This document shows, piece by piece, positions 28,423-38,133 of a stretch of DNA of 64,000 bases (position 1 is its first letter; every line of letters starts with the position of its first letter). The notes below the pieces were generated by a model that saw nothing but the letters and a program-made list of their open reading frames with translations, was not told the origin of the DNA and did not search any database. A program made the translations under genes and the position numbers. Origin of the DNA: an uncultured Candidatus Saccharibacteria bacterium (lineage in GTDB: Bacteria > Patescibacteriota > Saccharimonadia > Saccharimonadales > Saccharimonadaceae); contig CAYVSX010000001.1 in NCBI GenBank assembly GCA_964454245.1, positions 7,379-71,378 on the forward strand, written 5' to 3'.

Positions 28423-30708
28423 ATGGCACTACAGCTACGCGGGGGACATACTTCGGGCTTTGGCAAGGCATTATTAACATCTGCAGCAGTGCTAGCGTTA
28501 ACGGCTCAACCGTTTAGCGGCGCAGTACTTAACGGGCAGTTGTCGCAGCAAGCAAGTGCTGCTGCAGTACAGAACGGCTACACATGGGAAGTGTCAAACG
28601 CTGCTGATTTCCAGGCAGCACTCAACGACCCTGCGGTGAATCATATTACACTAACAGCTGATATTGATGCATCTGCTGGTCCATCACTACTGCTTACTCG
28701 TAGCAATGTTACTATCAATGGTAATGATAAAACGCTTATCGCGCCTAACCTCGGCGGTGTATGGGTGAGTAATGGTAATAACTATGGCCTCAAAATCTAT
28801 CAAGCTTCAAATATCACCATCAACAGTCTAAAGGTACGTGGCGGTAATGCAGCTATTCTGGTTAACGGTTCAAGTGTTAAGCTGACTGGTAATACGCACG
28901 TGTCGGATAACACATTTGGCGGCATTGAAGTATCTCGTGGCGGCGGTGTAGCAGCTAACTCGCAGCTAACTCTGCAAGGTGTACTATGGGACGAGCAGCA
29001 CAAAGAAAGCGCCACTCGCCCAGCCGTATGGGTAGTTGATGGCCAAGGTAGTGTAGACGTGAGCGGACTTCACCCTAGCTATACATTATCACTTGCGACA
29101 CATGTTAAGCCAGGTCAAACGCAGTACTATGTCCACCAAGAAAACAGCGGCACAGTCGCAACTAATGTAACGCAGTCAAAAACATATGCCACCCTTACCG
29201 GTGCTGTAACGGCTGCTAATGCTAACGATGTTATCGAGCTAAATCAAGACATCATCACTCCTAATATGGTAACCATTGATAAGCCGCTTACCATTGACGG
29301 TAAGGGTAAGACAGTGACGGCTAGCTATAGCTTTACTACCAATGGTGTTGATAACGCAGTATTTACGATAACTGCTAATAACGTAACGCTAAAAAACCTA
29401 ACCACTACCAATACTTCTACCGGTGCAAAGCCGCACGGCGTCGTAGTGCAACAGGTGACAGGTGCCAAGCTTGATACGGTAACACTACGAAATGGCCGCG
29501 CTGGCTTAATTGTCAACAGCTCGAATGTAGAGGTAAACAATATTACTACAAGTGGTAATAGCTGGTACGGCATTAACGTCGATAACAAATACGCACCAGC
29601 TAAATTAACGGTGCTTGGCGTATCAAACCATGAGGAGGCTAGCCACATTGCCATCGATGATCGCGCTATGACTACTGCAACAGTGAGCGACCCGAACTTG
29701 CAGTACGTCCGCTACTGGGCGGGTGCTGGATACAGCTACGTACTTGACCGCGCAGCGCCTACTGTTTCGCTATCGGTTACCGCTTATAATCCTACGTCGT
29801 TTGATGTAGCTGCGGCTGATGATCACAGCGTAACGCGCATTGATTATTCTATCTGGGCAGATGGTAACACAAGGCAAATTGGGGTGTGGGGTAACAACAT
29901 CAATTTGCAACCAACCTACAACCAAACCGTCACCCAGTACTGCGAGCGTGTACCTGATGGTACTACAACGAAATGCGTCTGGCATCCTTTCTCCGACCTA
30001 GCCGAGGGTGAATACACGCTGCGCGCTACCGTAAAAGATGTACGGGGCAAGGTAACCAATGCAACTAGCCAGAATTTCATTATCGATAAAACGGCGCTTA
30101 CCGTAACAGCCAATGATATTGCTGTGATTGTAGTTGGTCAAAAGGCGATTGTAACTGGCACTGTTAACAAGCAAAATATTACCAGCATCAAGGCATCGGT
30201 CACGGTAAACGGTACACTGTATGAAGCGGACGGTACACTAATCGGCCAAGATTTCGGCTTTGAAATTGAAGATCTGCCAGTCGGCCAGCACAATGTAGTG
30301 ATAACAGTAAAAGATGCTGCCGGTAACGAAGTGCAAATAACAAAGGTTGCTAAGGTGAACGCTGGTACGTCACCTACAGTCGTCACCGATGCGACTAGCT
30401 CAAATAGTGATGGTGAAGTACCTGCCAATTTGGCCGAAGAGGCTGCACCCCAGATATTTATAGCGCCAATCGTTGCTTTGGGCGACAACGATGTGCTAGG
30501 GCAGCAGGATACAACGGCTAGCCAGCCAATGCAGGCGAATGTCAGTGACCAATCTGGCGAAGAAGTTAAGGGCGCAACCGACGAAAAAGACGGCACATTT
30601 AGCCCACTAGGCTTTGCCTGGTACTGGTGGTTGGTGGCACTGGCCGCAATCGCTGGCCTGTGGTGGCTGCTAGCTGCACTGCGTAAACGCGGCAACGAAG
30701 AAGGATAG
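28423..30708 (+). CDS. Surface protein with two beta-helix modules, Ig-like domains and a C-terminal WYWW membrane anchor
   Basis: Signal peptide; NVTINGNDKTL and KPLTIDGKGKTVT modules paralogous to the upstream gene; GFAWYWWLVALAAIAGLWWLLAALRKR tail. Confidence 0.8.
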   Translation: MALQLRGGHTSGFGKALLTSAAVLALTAQPFSGAVLNGQLSQQASAAAVQNGYTWEVSNAADFQAALNDPAVNHITLTADIDASAGPSLLLTRSNVTINGNDKTLIAPNLGGVWVSNGNNYGLKIYQASNITINSLKVRGGNAAILVNGSSVKLTGNTHVSDNTFGGIEVSRGGGVAANSQLTLQGVLWDEQHKESATRPAVWVVDGQGSVDVSGLHPSYTLSLATHVKPGQTQYYVHQENSGTVATNVTQSKTYATLTGAVTAANANDVIELNQDIITPNMVTIDKPLTIDGKGKTVTASYSFTTNGVDNAVFTITANNVTLKNLTTTNTSTGAKPHGVVVQQVTGAKLDTVTLRNGRAGLIVNSSNVEVNNITTSGNSWYGINVDNKYAPAKLTVLGVSNHEEASHIAIDDRAMTTATVSDPNLQYVRYWAGAGYSYVLDRAAPTVSLSVTAYNPTSFDVAAADDHSVTRIDYSIWADGNTRQIGVWGNNINLQPTYNQTVTQYCERVPDGTTTKCVWHPFSDLAEGEYTLRATVKDVRGKVTNATSQNFIIDKTALTVTANDIAVIVVGQKAIVTGTVNKQNITSIKASVTVNGTLYEADGTLIGQDFGFEIEDLPVGQHNVVITVKDAAGNEVQITKVAKVNAGTSPTVVTDATSSNSDGEVPANLAEEAAPQIFIAPIVALGDNDVLGQQDTTASQPMQANVSDQSGEEVKGATDEKDGTFSPLGFAWYWWLVALAAIAGLWWLLAALRKRGNEEG

Positions 30709-30724
30709 ATTATTCCAGAATACC

Positions 30725-30757
30725 AAAAGCGAGAGCGGGCTAAACGCTCTCGCTTTT
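30725..30757 (+). terminator. Rho-independent terminator
   Basis: aaaagcgagagcg ggctaaa cgctctcgctttt. Confidence 0.75.
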
Positions 30758-30789
30758 ATTTGCAAATAAGTGTATACTTGTAGCTATAA

Positions 30790-31692
30790 ATGCCAGCCAA
30801 ACAAACACGCAAAACACCAGTGGCAAATAGCTTAAAAAAGCGCGTGCATAAACGCGTTAAATTAGCTGTGGTGCCACATAAGGCCAATCAGTTTCGCCCG
30901 CATGCGGTTAGCCGCTATGGCATTGCTATAATAGTGGCCTTTGTGTTGCTGGCGCAAGGGATGTACAACAGCATCACCAGCGGCAACATACTAGGCACCG
31001 AGGCACAAATTACCAGTAGCGGGCTGCTGCAGGCCACTAACGATGCGCGTAAAGCCGATGGCGAGCAGCCGCTAACTATAAATGCTAAATTATCTGATGC
31101 CGCCAACCGCAAAGTACATAATATGTTTGATCAGCAATATTGGGCGCACACCGCACCCGATGGCACAACGCCGTGGCATTGGTTTGGTGAGGTAGGCTAT
31201 GTGTATGCCGATGCCGGTGAAAACCTGGCCAAAAACTTTACCACCGACGACAGCACGGTGGCGGCCTGGCTGGCATCGCCCACCCACCGCGCCAATGTGC
31301 TAAAGCCACAGTATACCGAAGTTGGCTTTGCCGTGATGAGCGGCACGCTAGGCGGCAAGCCCACCACGCTGATAGTGGCGCTGTATGGCAAGCCCGATAC
31401 CGCCATGGTGCAAGGCGCAGCTAGTACGCAAAGTTCGGATATTAACATGCCGGTAAGTGTGATGGCGCAAATTGGCCTGGGATTGCAGGCGCTCACACCG
31501 GCCGCTATTGCTAGTATAGTGGTGCTGGCTGTGGCCGCCAACATCGCCTTTATAGCCCATATGTACCGCCGCAAGCTACCGCTGGCATTACGCCGTAGCT
31601 GGTACCGCCACCACGGCATGTACAAGGCAATCGGTTTTACCGGCCTGGCAATTGTGATTGTGTTTGCTTATGGCGGGGTGGGGCAGATTTAA
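30790..31692 (+). CDS. CAP (SCP) domain membrane protein
   Basis: YWAH, AGENLA, WLASPTHRANVL; N- and C-terminal TM helices. Confidence 0.9.
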   Translation: MPAKQTRKTPVANSLKKRVHKRVKLAVVPHKANQFRPHAVSRYGIAIIVAFVLLAQGMYNSITSGNILGTEAQITSSGLLQATNDARKADGEQPLTINAKLSDAANRKVHNMFDQQYWAHTAPDGTTPWHWFGEVGYVYADAGENLAKNFTTDDSTVAAWLASPTHRANVLKPQYTEVGFAVMSGTLGGKPTTLIVALYGKPDTAMVQGAASTQSSDINMPVSVMAQIGLGLQALTPAAIASIVVLAVAANIAFIAHMYRRKLPLALRRSWYRHHGMYKAIGFTGLAIVIVFAYGGVGQI

Positions 31693-31693
31693 A

Positions 31694-32362
31694 CTTGTTC
31701 TTTTAAGTAAAAGAACCAAAACTCTTCTCTTTTTCGATAAGAGAAGCAGAAGATCGACTTGGGATATCCCCCTCACGCCCATAACTAATATCTAGGCAGC
31801 CATAGGTCAAAAAAGGACTCCCGTTGGTCGGCCCACAACAATATCTCTAATGTTGGTTGTGGGCAGACTTTTTTGAATTACTCCTATGCCCACCTAGCTT
31901 ACTTATGAGGTTCGGCGGCTCCCAAGACCCATCAACTGTATCGGCAAAGCCGATAAATTATCTACTGGATGCTGAAATAAATTCAGCATGACAATGCGTT
32001 AATTAAAGGCTACTTTACTCCGTTGTCATGCTGAATTTATTTCAGTATCCAGTAAAAAATAATCAAAATGACCGTGCCTAATAGCCACTAACCCTTCCGC
32101 CCGGAATAACTCAAAAAACTCTGTTCACAACCATCATTAGAGATATTGTTGTGAACCGATCCCCCTTGTGGGGTCGTTGTTTTTTGACCGGGTGGGAGCA
32201 GGGGGTGCTAAACCCAGTGCTAATGCACTTTGGTTTATCCTTCGGGCGATCTTTTGCTTCTTTTATCGCAAAAAAGAAGATTCTTAGCTTCTTTCTTTTA
32301 AAGAAAGAAGTCGCTGGTTCTGCGAAAGAGAACATTATTTTGTTTCTTTTGAAAAAAGAAAC
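31694..32362. repeat. Nested inverted-repeat intergenic structure (MITE/REPIN-like)
   Basis: Outer homologous inverted copies at 31694-31880 and 32106-32362; inner 34-bp inverted repeat at 31963-31996 / 32021-32054 (32/34 match). Confidence 0.8.
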
Positions 32363-32465
32363 ACATATAAATAACAGGGGTTAAAAGGGGAGTATCAGAA
32401 TACCCTTGACTTTTTAACACGTTTGTGCTTAAATAGAACAGTAAACAAATTTACACACAAAAACT

Positions 32466-32702
32466 ATGCTACATTTAAAAACCCACAAATTTACCTTCCC
32501 GCGCAGCAACACGGCGGCGCTGCATTTAAGCCCGGTGGTTAGCGATGTCGACGAATTGATACAGGCCATAGAGGCCGATAACGATGTTTGGCAGCTAGAT
32601 GCCGTGCCCGATACCAACGCCCTAGACCAGTTTTGGAGTGGCGTGGAAGACGATATAAAGCACGACCCTAGTTGGTTTACCTTTGCAGCCGACGACGAGT
32701 AA
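32466..32702 (+). CDS. Small acidic hypothetical protein
   Basis: 78-aa ORF ending DPSWFTFAADDE; TTGACT promoter-like sequence upstream. Confidence 0.65.
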   Translation: MLHLKTHKFTFPRSNTAALHLSPVVSDVDELIQAIEADNDVWQLDAVPDTNALDQFWSGVEDDIKHDPSWFTFAADDE

Positions 32703-32725
32703 ACCCGGCGTGCTAAAATAGTACT

Positions 32726-33550
32726 ATGACTGTAACTAAAGCAATTATTCCCGTAGCAGGCTGGGGTACCCGCATGCTACCAATTACTAAAGCGATAGAG
32801 AAGTGCATGTTGCCGATAGGCAACCGTCCGGTAATTGATTTTGTAGTGCAAGACATTATAAAGGCTGGCATAAAAGATATTTATTTTGTAGTGGGCGAGC
32901 AAAGCCAGCAACTACAAAGTTACTATCGCAGCAATATTCCGCTAAACGATTACTTAAAACGTACCGGCAAGAGCGACATGCTGCCACTAGTGGCGCCGCT
33001 AAAAGGTGTAAACATTCACTTTATAACCCAGCCTAGCACTGGTGGTTATGGAACTAGTGTACCAGTAGGGATGTGTAGTGAGTTCCTCGATGATGATGAA
33101 TCAGCTTTAGTGATGTCTGGTGATCAATTTTTTCATCGTAAAGATGATGGTTCGAACACTACTGACTTGCTGGAACTTGTGGCTCGCGATGGTGCTGAGG
33201 CTGGTATGTTTGGCGTGCCAATGCCACAAGATAATATAGATAGCAGTATTGAGGTGGATGATCAGCACCACTTCGTAAGTGTGATAGAGAAGCCAGCACC
33301 AGGCGAAGCGCCAACTAACCTGCAAAATGCCAGTTTTTACCTGCTGCCCAAAGCGGTTTTTGAGCTAGCGCGTACCTTGCCGGCCAACCCACGCCGTGGC
33401 GAATACGAACTAACCGATGCCTTAAACGCCTATGTGGCCGATGGCGGTAAAATAGCCGTAGGCGCGGTAAAGGGTGAGTACATGGAATGCGGCAGTGTAA
33501 GTGGTTGGCTGCAATCCAACAATCGCATACTAACTGGTGTTGTAAAATAA
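32726..33550 (+). CDS. Sugar-phosphate nucleotidyltransferase (GalU-like)
   Basis: KAIIPVAGWGTRMLPITKAIEKCMLPI, EKP, EYELTDA. Confidence 0.88.
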   Translation: MTVTKAIIPVAGWGTRMLPITKAIEKCMLPIGNRPVIDFVVQDIIKAGIKDIYFVVGEQSQQLQSYYRSNIPLNDYLKRTGKSDMLPLVAPLKGVNIHFITQPSTGGYGTSVPVGMCSEFLDDDESALVMSGDQFFHRKDDGSNTTDLLELVARDGAEAGMFGVPMPQDNIDSSIEVDDQHHFVSVIEKPAPGEAPTNLQNASFYLLPKAVFELARTLPANPRRGEYELTDALNAYVADGGKIAVGAVKGEYMECGSVSGWLQSNNRILTGVVK

Positions 33551-33601
33551 CACCACATCTGTTACAATACATACTTAGTACAATTTAATGTAAGGAAACT
33601 T

Positions 33602-33907
33602 ATGAAAGCAGTCGTGAAAATCGGTGGCAAGCAATATCTTGTGGCCGAAAAAGAGACCCTCCTGGTGGACCTCCTCCCTGAAGGCACAAAAGCGCTCGAT
33701 CTCGACGCACTCCTAGTGGTAGACGGTGACAAAACAACCGTTGGTACGCCACTTGTGAAGGGTGTGAAGGTGAAGGCTAACATCGTTGACGAAAAAGTCG
33801 CCGGTGATAAAATCCGCGTTATTCGCTACAAGTCGAAGAAACGCGTGAATACGCAAACCGGACACCGTCAAAAATATACGAAGATTGAAATCACTTCAAT
33901 CAAGTAA
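33602..33907 (+). CDS. rplU: 50S ribosomal protein L21
   Basis: GGKQYLV...YKSKKR...GHRQKYT. Confidence 0.95.
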   Translation: MKAVVKIGGKQYLVAEKETLLVDLLPEGTKALDLDALLVVDGDKTTVGTPLVKGVKVKANIVDEKVAGDKIRVIRYKSKKRVNTQTGHRQKYTKIEITSIK

Positions 33908-33913
33908 CGAACT

Positions 33914-33935
33914 ACCGCCCGAAAGGGCGGTTTTT
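33914..33935 (+). terminator. Rho-independent terminator
   Basis: accgccc gaaa gggcggt tttt. Confidence 0.75.
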
Positions 33936-33978
33936 CTATGTACCAACCGAAAAGTGAATATGGTATAATTATAAGCAC

Positions 33979-34761
33979 ATGCAGGGGAAACAGACAGAGG
34001 CAACCGTGATAGCGGTGACGAACCAGAAGGGTGGGGTAGGCAAAACTACCTCGGCTATTAATATTGCCTACTACCTGGCCAAGGCTGGGCATAGCACGCT
34101 GTTGATAGATTTTGACCCGCAGGGCAACGCCACGAGTGGCCTAGGGATTGAAAAGCAATCGCTAGACGGCACGATGGCCGAGGTGATAAAGGGCGAAAAA
34201 AAGCTGGCCGAAGTGGTGGTGAGTACCGAATTTAAAAACCTAGCCGTGGCGCCCACCGAGCCAACCCTGGCCAACGCCGAGGTAGAGCTGGCGCAGGTGC
34301 AGCACAAATTTAGCCGCCTAAAGTACGCTATTCAGTCGCTGCCCATGCCGTATGAATTTATAGTGATTGACTGCCCACCATCGCTTAGCTTGCTGACGGT
34401 TAACGCCCTGATAGCCGCGCGCTATGTGCTGCTGCCGGTGCAGGCCGAATTTTATGCACTTGAGGGCTTGGGCCAGCTGCTAGAAACCATGAAATTGGTG
34501 CGCAAAAACCTTAACCCAACACTCGATTTAATTGGCGTACTGCCCACCATGGTAGATAGCCGCACCTCGCTAAGCACCCAGGTGCTGGCTGAGATTTCGA
34601 AGCATTTCCCGGCTAAGGTATTTACGGCCACCATCCCGCGCAACGTGCGCCTGGCCGAAGCGCCTAGCCACGGTGTGCCGATTGGCGAATACGATAGGTT
34701 TAGCAAGGGTGCGCGGGCTTATAAGGCAGTAACTAAGGAGGTGATTGATCGTGTCGGCTAA
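33979..34761 (+). CDS. parA: ParA/Soj partitioning ATPase
   Basis: NQKGGVGKTT, DFDPQGNAT, IDCPPS, IPRNVRLAEAPSHG. Confidence 0.95.
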   Translation: MQGKQTEATVIAVTNQKGGVGKTTSAINIAYYLAKAGHSTLLIDFDPQGNATSGLGIEKQSLDGTMAEVIKGEKKLAEVVVSTEFKNLAVAPTEPTLANAEVELAQVQHKFSRLKYAIQSLPMPYEFIVIDCPPSLSLLTVNALIAARYVLLPVQAEFYALEGLGQLLETMKLVRKNLNPTLDLIGVLPTMVDSRTSLSTQVLAEISKHFPAKVFTATIPRNVRLAEAPSHGVPIGEYDRFSKGARAYKAVTKEVIDRVG

Positions 34762-35638
34762 AAAAACTGGGCTAGGGCGGAGCTTTGCCTCGCTAATACC
34801 AACCGATGTGCTGGACGAATCGTTTGACCCAACGGCCGAGCAAGACGGCCACGTGAGCGACCTGCGCCAAATTAAATTAACCGAAATTGTACCCGACCCC
34901 GATCAGCCGCGCCGGCAATTTGACGATGGTTCGCTAGACGAATTGGCGACATCGATAAAAGAGCACGGCGTGATACAGCCAATTGTGGTGACGCCACACA
35001 AGGGCGGCTACATGATTGTGGCTGGCGAGCGCCGCTACCGTGCCACCGAGCGGGCTGGGCTAGATAAAATCCCGGCGCTGGTGCGTACGCTAAGCGACCA
35101 ACACAAGTTAGAGGTCAGCCTGATAGAAAATCTGCAACGCCGCGACCTAAACCCACTAGAAACCGCCACGGCCTACCTAAAGTTGCGCGACCAATTTAAC
35201 CTAACGCTTGATGAAATTGGCGATAGGGTAGGTGGGCGTTCGATGGCTAGCATCAGCAACACTTTGCGCTTACTGCGCCTACCAGCGGCGGCGCGCGAGG
35301 CGCTGGCGGCAGGGCAAATCCGCGAGGGGCAAATTCGCCCACTAATTAACCTAGACGCCGAAATTATAGAGGCGGTACTACCCCGGATGATTAAAGAAGG
35401 CTGGAGTGCCCGCACCGCCGAAGATTATGCCGCGCGCGTAAAGCGGGGCGATGTGGTAAAACCGGCTAAGCAACCGGTGGTGGTGCCAACCACTCATGAG
35501 CAATATGGCGTAAAGCTAGCCAAGCGGCTAAACACTGCCGTGCGTGTAAAAGAAACTGCCAAGGGCGCCGGGCAGATTGTGATTAGTTATAAGACCGCTG
35601 AAGAATTTGAAAGACTAGCTAAACTACTAGAAAATTAG
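34751..35638 (+). CDS. parB: ParB/Spo0J partitioning protein
   Basis: PDQPRR, GVIQP, AGERRYRA, ENLQRRDLNP. Confidence 0.95.
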   Translation: MSAKKTGLGRSFASLIPTDVLDESFDPTAEQDGHVSDLRQIKLTEIVPDPDQPRRQFDDGSLDELATSIKEHGVIQPIVVTPHKGGYMIVAGERRYRATERAGLDKIPALVRTLSDQHKLEVSLIENLQRRDLNPLETATAYLKLRDQFNLTLDEIGDRVGGRSMASISNTLRLLRLPAAAREALAAGQIREGQIRPLINLDAEIIEAVLPRMIKEGWSARTAEDYAARVKRGDVVKPAKQPVVVPTTHEQYGVKLAKRLNTAVRVKETAKGAGQIVISYKTAEEFERLAKLLEN

Positions 35639-35696
35639 CTGTATCGGCAGAGCCGATAATTACTCGACTGGATCCCGCAACAAGTATGGGATGACG
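35639..35696. repeat. Composite hairpin + CGTC-type REP repeat
   Basis: ctgtatcggcagagccgataa-8 nt-ctggatcccgcaacaagtatgggatgacg; homologous to 31936-31992. Confidence 0.75.
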
Positions 35697-35718
35697 GTTG
35701 TGCTGGTGGGGGTCGAGC

Positions 35719-36330
35719 CTAAAATGTAGATATTTTAGTAAACGGAAAAATGCGCATGCTGACTGGGCCGACGATGTCGAAGGTGGGGATGGTGCCTAGG
35801 CCGCTGCGTGAATCGTACGAATTGCTACCGATGCGGTTGTCGCCGCTCACGAACACCGAGCCTTCGGGTACGGTCACATCAACGCCCTCGCCGCTGGTGG
35901 GCGACTGCGGGCCAACGCCATCTTTGCGCCACTCGTCGTCGGGCTGGTAGCCAGTGGGGTGCTCGGCGTTATACACGGTTAGCACGCCGTCGTCTACGGT
36001 TACGCGCTCGCCAGGGTAGGCAATCACACGCTTAACTATGTATTCGTCGGGCGAGCCGGCGATGTAACGCGGGTTTTTAAACACGATAATCTCGCCACGC
36101 TCGGGTATGTACTGCTTGTTGGTCAGCTGGGCGGCGGTAATTGGCAGCCGGTTGACAATCAGGCGCTCGCCATCGGCCAGGGTGTAGTCCATACTGTGGC
36201 CCTGCACTGAAAAGCTGCGGAACACGAAGGTATTAATCAGCAATGTACCAATAAATACTAAGATAATAAATAAGCCAAAATTAAAGGCATCTTTAAGGCG
36301 GGGGTGGCGATCAAAATAACTTGGCTGCAT
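35719..36330 (-). CDS. lepB: Signal peptidase I
   Basis: SVQGHSM (Ser), IVKRVIA (Lys), GDNR..SYDSR. Confidence 0.95.
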   Translation of the reverse strand: MQPSYFDRHPRLKDAFNFGLFIILVFIGTLLINTFVFRSFSVQGHSMDYTLADGERLIVNRLPITAAQLTNKQYIPERGEIIVFKNPRYIAGSPDEYIVKRVIAYPGERVTVDDGVLTVYNAEHPTGYQPDDEWRKDGVGPQSPTSGEGVDVTVPEGSVFVSGDNRIGSNSYDSRSGLGTIPTFDIVGPVSMRIFPFTKISTF

Positions 36331-36429
36331 TTACCTTACTATACTCTGTATTTGGGGATAAGTAAATGAAAAGCATAAGCGATTTAGTATGCATTTTTTG
36401 GCAAAATCAGCTATAATAGGCGGAAGTAT

Positions 36430-38112
36430 ATGACAAAGCGACCTGTTATTGATGGTTTTGTGCCGCGCCGCTCGCCAACTAGTGTGGGGAGTGATGTTAA
36501 CCGTACGCTGCCGCCGGCCGACCTAACTAATTTTCAGCGCACCATTGCGGGCCAAAGCGCGGCTAAGGTAAAAAAGAGCCACCAGCCAATCGAGCCCGAG
36601 GCGAGTACCTTAAAGCCGGTAGAATCGCACGGCCTAAGCCGCAGTGATATCGACGAATCGCTGCGTGAAATAGACGAAAAGCCCGAAGAGAAGAAGCGTG
36701 GCCGTGGCCGCAAGGCGGGCAAAGGTAAGCACCCGCGCCGCCGCAAAATCATCAAGTGGGTGATCATTGCTATCTTGTTGGCGCTGCTGGGCGTGGGTAT
36801 ATATGTGGGTGTTAAGGCTGTGTTGGCTAGCAACTCAGTATTTAACGGCGATATATTTGGCCTAGTGCAACATAAAAAACTGCAGCAAGACGAAGGTGGG
36901 CGCACCAACATATTGGTATTTGGCACCAGCGAGGACGACCCTGGCCACGAGGCGGCTTGGCTGACGGATTCGATAATGGTGCTGAGTGTGAACCAAGAAA
37001 CCAAAGATGCCTACATGGTGAGTATACCGCGCGATTTGGAAGTAAAATACGGTCAGGCCTGCCTGTCGGGCTATGCTGGCAAAATAAACGGTGTGTACGG
37101 CTGTAACTACGAAGATGGCGAAAACGAAGCGGCTGGCGCCAAGGCGTTGATGGCGCAGGTGAGCGATATAACTGGGCTAGAGATTCCGTATTACGCGCAT
37201 GTTAACTACTCGGTGGTACGCGATGTGGTGGGCGCACTGGGCACGATTACGGTGAACATAGAAGGCAGCGGCGGCGCGCCAGGCGTGATGGACAGTAACT
37301 TTGACTGGAAGTGTAAGGCTGGCAATGCCTATGCTAGCAAGGCAACCATGATACAAAACTGCCCACCTAACGGCCACTTTATTGATTACCCCAATGGCCC
37401 AGCCGAGCTGGATGCCGAGCACGCGCTGTACTTGGCGCAAGCCCGCGGCGATATTGAGCCAACTTACGGCCTAGGTAATTCTAATTTTGACCGCGAGCAA
37501 AACCAGCAAAAAATTATTGTGGCTATAAAAGATAAGGCCCTAAGCACTGGTACGCTAACCAACGTCACTAAAGTAACCGGGCTCATCGATGCGGTGGGTA
37601 ACAACCTACGCACTAACTTTGAAACTACCGAAATCCGCACCTTGATGGATTTGGCACAGGGCATACCCAACGATTCTATCCAGCGGATTAACCTGCTAGA
37701 CGAAAAGATTTTGACGGCCAACGCCCAGCCAGCACTTGGTAAATATAACTTTACCGACCTACGAGCGTTTATAAAAAAGAAGCTATATGCTACCGGCATA
37801 ACTAAAGAAGAGCCGGTAGTGATGGTGCTAAATGGCACTGGAGTAGCCGGTGTAGCGCAAGAGCAGGCCGACGTACTAACCGAGTTAGGCATGACGGCAA
37901 TAGCTGGCAATGCACCCGAAGGCAACTTTACTGGTAACAAGATTTACCGCGTGGGCGATACTAAAAAAGAAAAAACCGCCGCCAAGCTAAAAGAGCTTTA
38001 CGGTGCCGAGCCGACGTATTCGGAAACAGTGCCAGGCGTAACTATAGACGACACAGTGGATTACGTGGTTATACTAATTACTCAGCCAAAAACAACCACG
38101 ACTACCCAGTAA
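36430..38112 (+). CDS. LCP (LytR-CpsA-Psr) family protein with LytR_C-like tail
   Basis: TM helix; NILVFG, TDSIMV, SIPRD, KIN, R..NQQK; VLNGTGVAGVA. Confidence 0.9.
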   Translation: MTKRPVIDGFVPRRSPTSVGSDVNRTLPPADLTNFQRTIAGQSAAKVKKSHQPIEPEASTLKPVESHGLSRSDIDESLREIDEKPEEKKRGRGRKAGKGKHPRRRKIIKWVIIAILLALLGVGIYVGVKAVLASNSVFNGDIFGLVQHKKLQQDEGGRTNILVFGTSEDDPGHEAAWLTDSIMVLSVNQETKDAYMVSIPRDLEVKYGQACLSGYAGKINGVYGCNYEDGENEAAGAKALMAQVSDITGLEIPYYAHVNYSVVRDVVGALGTITVNIEGSGGAPGVMDSNFDWKCKAGNAYASKATMIQNCPPNGHFIDYPNGPAELDAEHALYLAQARGDIEPTYGLGNSNFDREQNQQKIIVAIKDKALSTGTLTNVTKVTGLIDAVGNNLRTNFETTEIRTLMDLAQGIPNDSIQRINLLDEKILTANAQPALGKYNFTDLRAFIKKKLYATGITKEEPVVMVLNGTGVAGVAQEQADVLTELGMTAIAGNAPEGNFTGNKIYRVGDTKKEKTAAKLKELYGAEPTYSETVPGVTIDDTVDYVVILITQPKTTTTTQ

Positions 38113-38133
38113 ATGGTATACTAGTAGGTACAT

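Noticed and set aside
31963-32054. Possible CRISPR mini-array
   Set aside because: The repeats are inverted rather than direct, with a single 24-nt spacer and no cas genes.
31694-32460. Possible replication origin near parAB
   Set aside because: No TTATCCACA-type DnaA box cluster or parS palindrome seen; the repeats explain the region better.
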